Assembly (NCBI GenBank): GCA_012523265.1
Contig: JAAYIU010000071.1
Coordinates: 1 to 40,190 of the forward strand
DNA length: 40,190 nucleotides
Reading direction: 5' to 3'
Source of the DNA: Bacteroidales bacterium
Lineage (GTDB): Bacteria; Bacteroidota; Bacteroidia; Bacteroidales; 4484-276
Shown: positions 36,701-40,190 of the stretch, piece by piece
Numbering within the stretch: the stretch's first letter is position 1
Layout of the letters: the number at the start of each line of letters is the position of its first letter
Translations under genes and position numbers: made by a program
Notes under the pieces: model-generated
Database searches by the model: none
Seen by the model: only the letters and a program-made list of their open reading frames with translations
Told to the model about the DNA's origin: nothing

Positions 36701-37963
36701 ATGAAAAAATATTTGATCACCCTACTTTTTTTGTTAACGATCCTCACCAGTCAGGCAGCTTATCTGCTCATCCCGATGGACAACACACAGAAAAACCACC
36801 TGAAGGCCTACGGTGTGGCCTATTGGATTCTGGAGCGCGAAGTGGAGGTGAGCTGGCTACTCAATTACCGCGGAGGAAGCTTTATGTGCCAGCATCATCA
36901 GCAGATAGAAAATGAGATGGTAATACGCGGGGTAAGCTATGAGGTGATTGCTGATGTGCAGTCGCAGCAGATCTTGCTGGAGATAGGCCGGGCCGAAGTG
37001 AACATGGATGAAGTGAAGCTGCACAAAGCACCACACATCGCCGTTTACTCGCCCAAAAACCGCTTGCCCTGGGACGATGCCGTAACGCTGGCACTCACCT
37101 ACGCCGAAATACCTTACGATGTAGTTTACGACAATGAAATTATGGGAGGCGTCCTTCCTATGTACGACTGGCTGCATCTGCACCACGAGGACTTTACGGG
37201 GCAGTACGGAAAATTCTGGCGCGCTTTCCGCACGGCAGCCTGGTATCAGGAGGATGTGCGCGTTAACGAAGAAAATGCCCGCATGCTGGGATTTGACAAA
37301 GTTTCGCAGCTCAAATTGGCTGTTGCCAAAACCATCCGCGACTTTGTTTCAGGCGGCGGCTATCTGTTTTCGATGTGCTCGGCTCCCGACAGCTTCGATG
37401 TGGCGCTGGCAGCCGATGGGGTCGACATTGTGGATGTTATGTTCGACGGCGACCCGCCCGACCCCAACGCACAGCAACGCCTCAATTTTGACAACTGTTT
37501 CGCTTTTCGCGATTTCCAAATCTCGACCAACCCATACGAATATGAGATCTCTTCCATCGACGTCACCGATACCCGTTCACGAAGCATCAACGAGCAAAAT
37601 GATTTCTTCACACTTTTCGACTTCTCAGCCAAATGGGATCCGGTGCCTACCATGCTCTGCCAAAACCACATGCAGGTAATCAAAGGTTTTATGGGACAAA
37701 CAACAGCCTTTAATTCAAAGTATGTAAAACCAAATGTGCTGATTATGGGGGAAAATAAAGCTGCGGGCGAAGCACGCTACATTCACGGCGAGTACGGCTT
37801 TGGGACCTTCACTTTCTATGGCGGCCACGACCCCGAAGACTACCGCCATCTGGTGGGCGATCCGCCTACCGATCTCAATCTCTATCCCAACTCTCCGGGC
37901 TACCGCCTCATCCTGAACAATGTGCTGTTTCCGGCAGCGAAAAAGAAAAAGCAGAAAACCTAA
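36701..37963 (+). CDS. Conserved exported Bacteroidota protein, possibly class I glutamine-amidotransferase-like fold
   Basis: Signal peptide; NHLKAYG, WLLNYRGGSF, PWDDAVT, HLHHEDFTGQYGKF, GGYLFSMCSA and GGHDPEDY blocks; follows dnaB. Confidence 0.7.
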   Translation: MKKYLITLLFLLTILTSQAAYLLIPMDNTQKNHLKAYGVAYWILEREVEVSWLLNYRGGSFMCQHHQQIENEMVIRGVSYEVIADVQSQQILLEIGRAEVNMDEVKLHKAPHIAVYSPKNRLPWDDAVTLALTYAEIPYDVVYDNEIMGGVLPMYDWLHLHHEDFTGQYGKFWRAFRTAAWYQEDVRVNEENARMLGFDKVSQLKLAVAKTIRDFVSGGGYLFSMCSAPDSFDVALAADGVDIVDVMFDGDPPDPNAQQRLNFDNCFAFRDFQISTNPYEYEISSIDVTDTRSRSINEQNDFFTLFDFSAKWDPVPTMLCQNHMQVIKGFMGQTTAFNSKYVKPNVLIMGENKAAGEARYIHGEYGFGTFTFYGGHDPEDYRHLVGDPPTDLNLYPNSPGYRLILNNVLFPAAKKKKQKT

Positions 37964-38352
37964 TAACTCACCTCCACCGGGCCGCTGTATTTGATGATGT
38001 GACAAACATCGGCGCCAATAGAAAATTGCTGCCTGACGACTTCCGTGGCATTTTTTATTCCTGCAAAAATAAAATCTTCACGCGTGCCTTCCAGCAGCGG
38101 TTGGTAACTGTCGTCGAGGATTGGATACCAATTGCTGAGCGGATACTGCCCGCTTTCGGTAAAGCGAATTGTGTCGGCAGTGGCCATGCGTATGGTATAG
38201 AAATCGTCGAGCCTGCCGCCGATAACCTTCACGCCGATAGTCTTAAACTCATCACTGCAGATAACTTCCTGATCATCATTGCCATTACATCCGGCAGCCA
38301 GCAAAGTGATCCATATTATTAGTAAAGCCACATGTCTATTTTTTATCAGCAT
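37960..38352 (-). CDS. Small hypothetical lipoprotein
   Basis: MLIKNRHVALLIIWITLLAAG-C lipobox from ATG 38352; two further Cys; own -7 box TACTTTTG at 38379-38386. Confidence 0.7.
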   Translation of the reverse strand: MLIKNRHVALLIIWITLLAAGCNGNDDQEVICSDEFKTIGVKVIGGRLDDFYTIRMATADTIRFTESGQYPLSNWYPILDDSYQPLLEGTREDFIFAGIKNATEVVRQQFSIGADVCHIIKYSGPVEVSY

Positions 38353-38434
38353 ATTTTTTGTTTTGATAGATGCACTGGCAAAAGTAATCCAAAAAACATC
38401 CGCAGTTTCTCGCAAATTGAGCGGATAAACAAAA

Positions 38435-39193
38435 CTAATCAGCCTTTCGCGCCAGCTTCAGAAAAACTTCGTTCATGTCGGCAGCTTCGTATTTTATTTT
38501 GAGATTTTGTGGTGTGTCGAGGGCTTCTATACGCCCGTCCACCATGATGGAGATGCGGTGGCAATACTCGGCTTCGTCCATGTAGTGGGTGGTGATAAAG
38601 ATGGTTACGCCCTGATCCGCCGCCTGATAGATCATGTTCCAAAACTGCCGGCGTGTGATGGGATCGACGCCACCGGTAGGCTCATCCAGAAAAATAATGG
38701 CCGGACGGTGCAGCATGGCGATGCTGAATGCCAGCTTTTGTTTCCAGCCGGGCGGCAACGATTTTATGGGCTTGTCTTTAACATCTTCCAACCCCAGCTC
38801 CTCCAAAGCCGCACGTGTACGACTGCGAATATCAGCCCGCGAAAGCCCGTACACACCGCCATAAAACCGGATATTCTCCACCGGTGTCAAATCTTCGTAC
38901 AACGAAAACTTCTGGCTCATGTAGCCAATGTTTTTTTTGATGAGATTGCTTTGGGTATAAATATCGTAACCTGCAACTTTCGCCTCCCCTGCCGTCGGTT
39001 TCCAGAGGCCACATAATATTTTTATGGCCGTGGTTTTTCCGGCACCATTGGCACCCAAAAACCCGAATATCTCACCCCGCCGCACCGTAAAGTTCAAATC
39101 TTTTACGGCAGCAAACGTCCCAAACTTTTTCCACAGCCCGCTTACGCTGATGATGTTTTCGTTGTCGTTGTAAGAGTAAGGTGCTAAGCTCAT
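38435..39193 (-). CDS. ABC transporter ATP-binding protein (YbhF-like, second ATPase)
   Basis: GANGAGKT, GYMSQKFSLY, LPPGWKQK, LDEPTGGVDP and TTHYMDEAE motifs. Confidence 0.92.
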   Translation of the reverse strand: MSLAPYSYNDNENIISVSGLWKKFGTFAAVKDLNFTVRRGEIFGFLGANGAGKTTAIKILCGLWKPTAGEAKVAGYDIYTQSNLIKKNIGYMSQKFSLYEDLTPVENIRFYGGVYGLSRADIRSRTRAALEELGLEDVKDKPIKSLPPGWKQKLAFSIAMLHRPAIIFLDEPTGGVDPITRRQFWNMIYQAADQGVTIFITTHYMDEAEYCHRISIMVDGRIEALDTPQNLKIKYEAADMNEVFLKLARKAD

Positions 39194-39232
39194 GTTATTA
39201 TTGATATTTGTCCAGGCTGATTTGGAATCACT

Positions 39233-40153
39233 TTACATGCTTTGTTTTTGCTGCATCAAATCCATAAAACAATCTTCGATGTTGGGTTTTATTTCGCTTG
39301 CGCTAATGTTGGTGTGATTTTTACTTTTTAAAAATTCCATAATCTCACCGGCTTGCAATCGATCGTCGGCTGGCGTAAGATGCAAAGCCTGACCAAACGG
39401 GAAAACGGTACGCGTTCGGCTGAAATCTGTCAAATCCTGAATGAGACGAAAGGTATCGCGGGTGCTGACGGCAAAAAGGCGATGCGGAAACTGCCGGATG
39501 ATGGCATCAGGCGTATCGGTTTGCATGATGGTACCTTGCTGAATCAGTGCCACCCGGTGGCACCGCTGCGCCTCGTCCATATAAGGTGTCGATACCATGA
39601 TAGTAATGCACTGGCTGCTGATGCGCTGAAGCATGTCCCAAAACTCCATGCGCGACACGGCATCCACGCCCGTGGTGGGTTCGTCCAGAAAAAGCACCTC
39701 CGGCCGGTGTATCAGCGCACAGCTCAACGCCAGCTTTTGCTTCATGCCACCCGAAAGCTTGCCGGCCGGCCGGTCTTTAAAAGGTTCTATCTGGTGATAA
39801 ATATCTTTGATCAGATCATAATTTTCGTGTAGCGTAGTTTTAAAAATAGTTGCGAAAAAGGAGAGGTTCTCTTCTACGGTCAGATCAGGATACAACGAAA
39901 AGCGTCCGGGCATGTAGCCCACCTTTTGCCGGATGGCTTTGTAATCTTTCACCACATCGTGTCCCAACACACTTGCTTTTCCGCTATCGGCAAGCAGCAG
40001 CGTTACGAGTATGCGAAACAGCGTGGTCTTCCCAGCGCCGTCAGAACCTATCAGCCCGAAGATCTCGCCTGGCTGCACCTGCAGGCTAATGTCGTGCAAC
40101 GCCTGCACTTTGCCATAAGCCTTGCTGACATTTATAACCTCAACCGGAATCAT
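39233..40153 (-). CDS. ABC transporter ATP-binding protein (YbhF-like, first ATPase)
   Basis: GSDGAGKT, LSGGMKQK, LDEPTTGVD and STPYMDEA motifs. Confidence 0.92.
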   Translation of the reverse strand: MIPVEVINVSKAYGKVQALHDISLQVQPGEIFGLIGSDGAGKTTLFRILVTLLLADSGKASVLGHDVVKDYKAIRQKVGYMPGRFSLYPDLTVEENLSFFATIFKTTLHENYDLIKDIYHQIEPFKDRPAGKLSGGMKQKLALSCALIHRPEVLFLDEPTTGVDAVSRMEFWDMLQRISSQCITIMVSTPYMDEAQRCHRVALIQQGTIMQTDTPDAIIRQFPHRLFAVSTRDTFRLIQDLTDFSRTRTVFPFGQALHLTPADDRLQAGEIMEFLKSKNHTNISASEIKPNIEDCFMDLMQQKQSM

Positions 40154-40190
40154 GGCTGCGGGTGTTTCACAAAATTCACCTCAGCGGGCA
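40150..40190 (-). CDS. 3' end of a probable HlyD-family periplasmic adaptor (partial)
   Basis: Minus strand reads ...PAEVNFVKHPQP*, resembling the GMPAEV end of YbhG-like adaptors; TGA overlaps the next ATG; only 41 bp visible. Confidence 0.5.
   Translation of the reverse strand, partial: PAEVNFVKHPQP

Noticed and set aside
36701-37963. Asparagine synthetase B
   Set aside because: It has a signal peptide and lacks the Ntn Cys and ATP-pyrophosphatase motifs.

Overview
Core chromosomal window of a Bacteroidota genome (probably Bacteroidales-like, judged from gene content and TAnnTTTG promoter boxes). The left end is a type IX secretion/gliding locus: ispF (partial), porV, two full-length tandem porU sortase paralogs, a divergent porP/sprF gene and gldJ. 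It is followed by housekeeping genes (murF, anmK, trpF-like, tcdA, tatD, ppa), an isolated wza-wzc pair, SSS and NupC transporters, icd, three lipid-modifying enzymes, a short ssb, a serine hydrolase, dnaB and two ABC ATPases. No rRNA, tRNA, transposase, integrase or cas gene was recognised. The most unusual features are the duplicated, catalytically intact PorU and a set of non-coding palindromic or periodic repeats. These include a 4 x ~184 bp nested-palindrome array, a related ~175 bp repeat that brackets ssb 2+2 like a cassette, a REP with a hairpin inserted in it, and several 7-bp-period tracts. There is also a candidate ~60-nt sRNA with its own promoter and terminator. All calls come from reading motifs by eye; no database searches were run.
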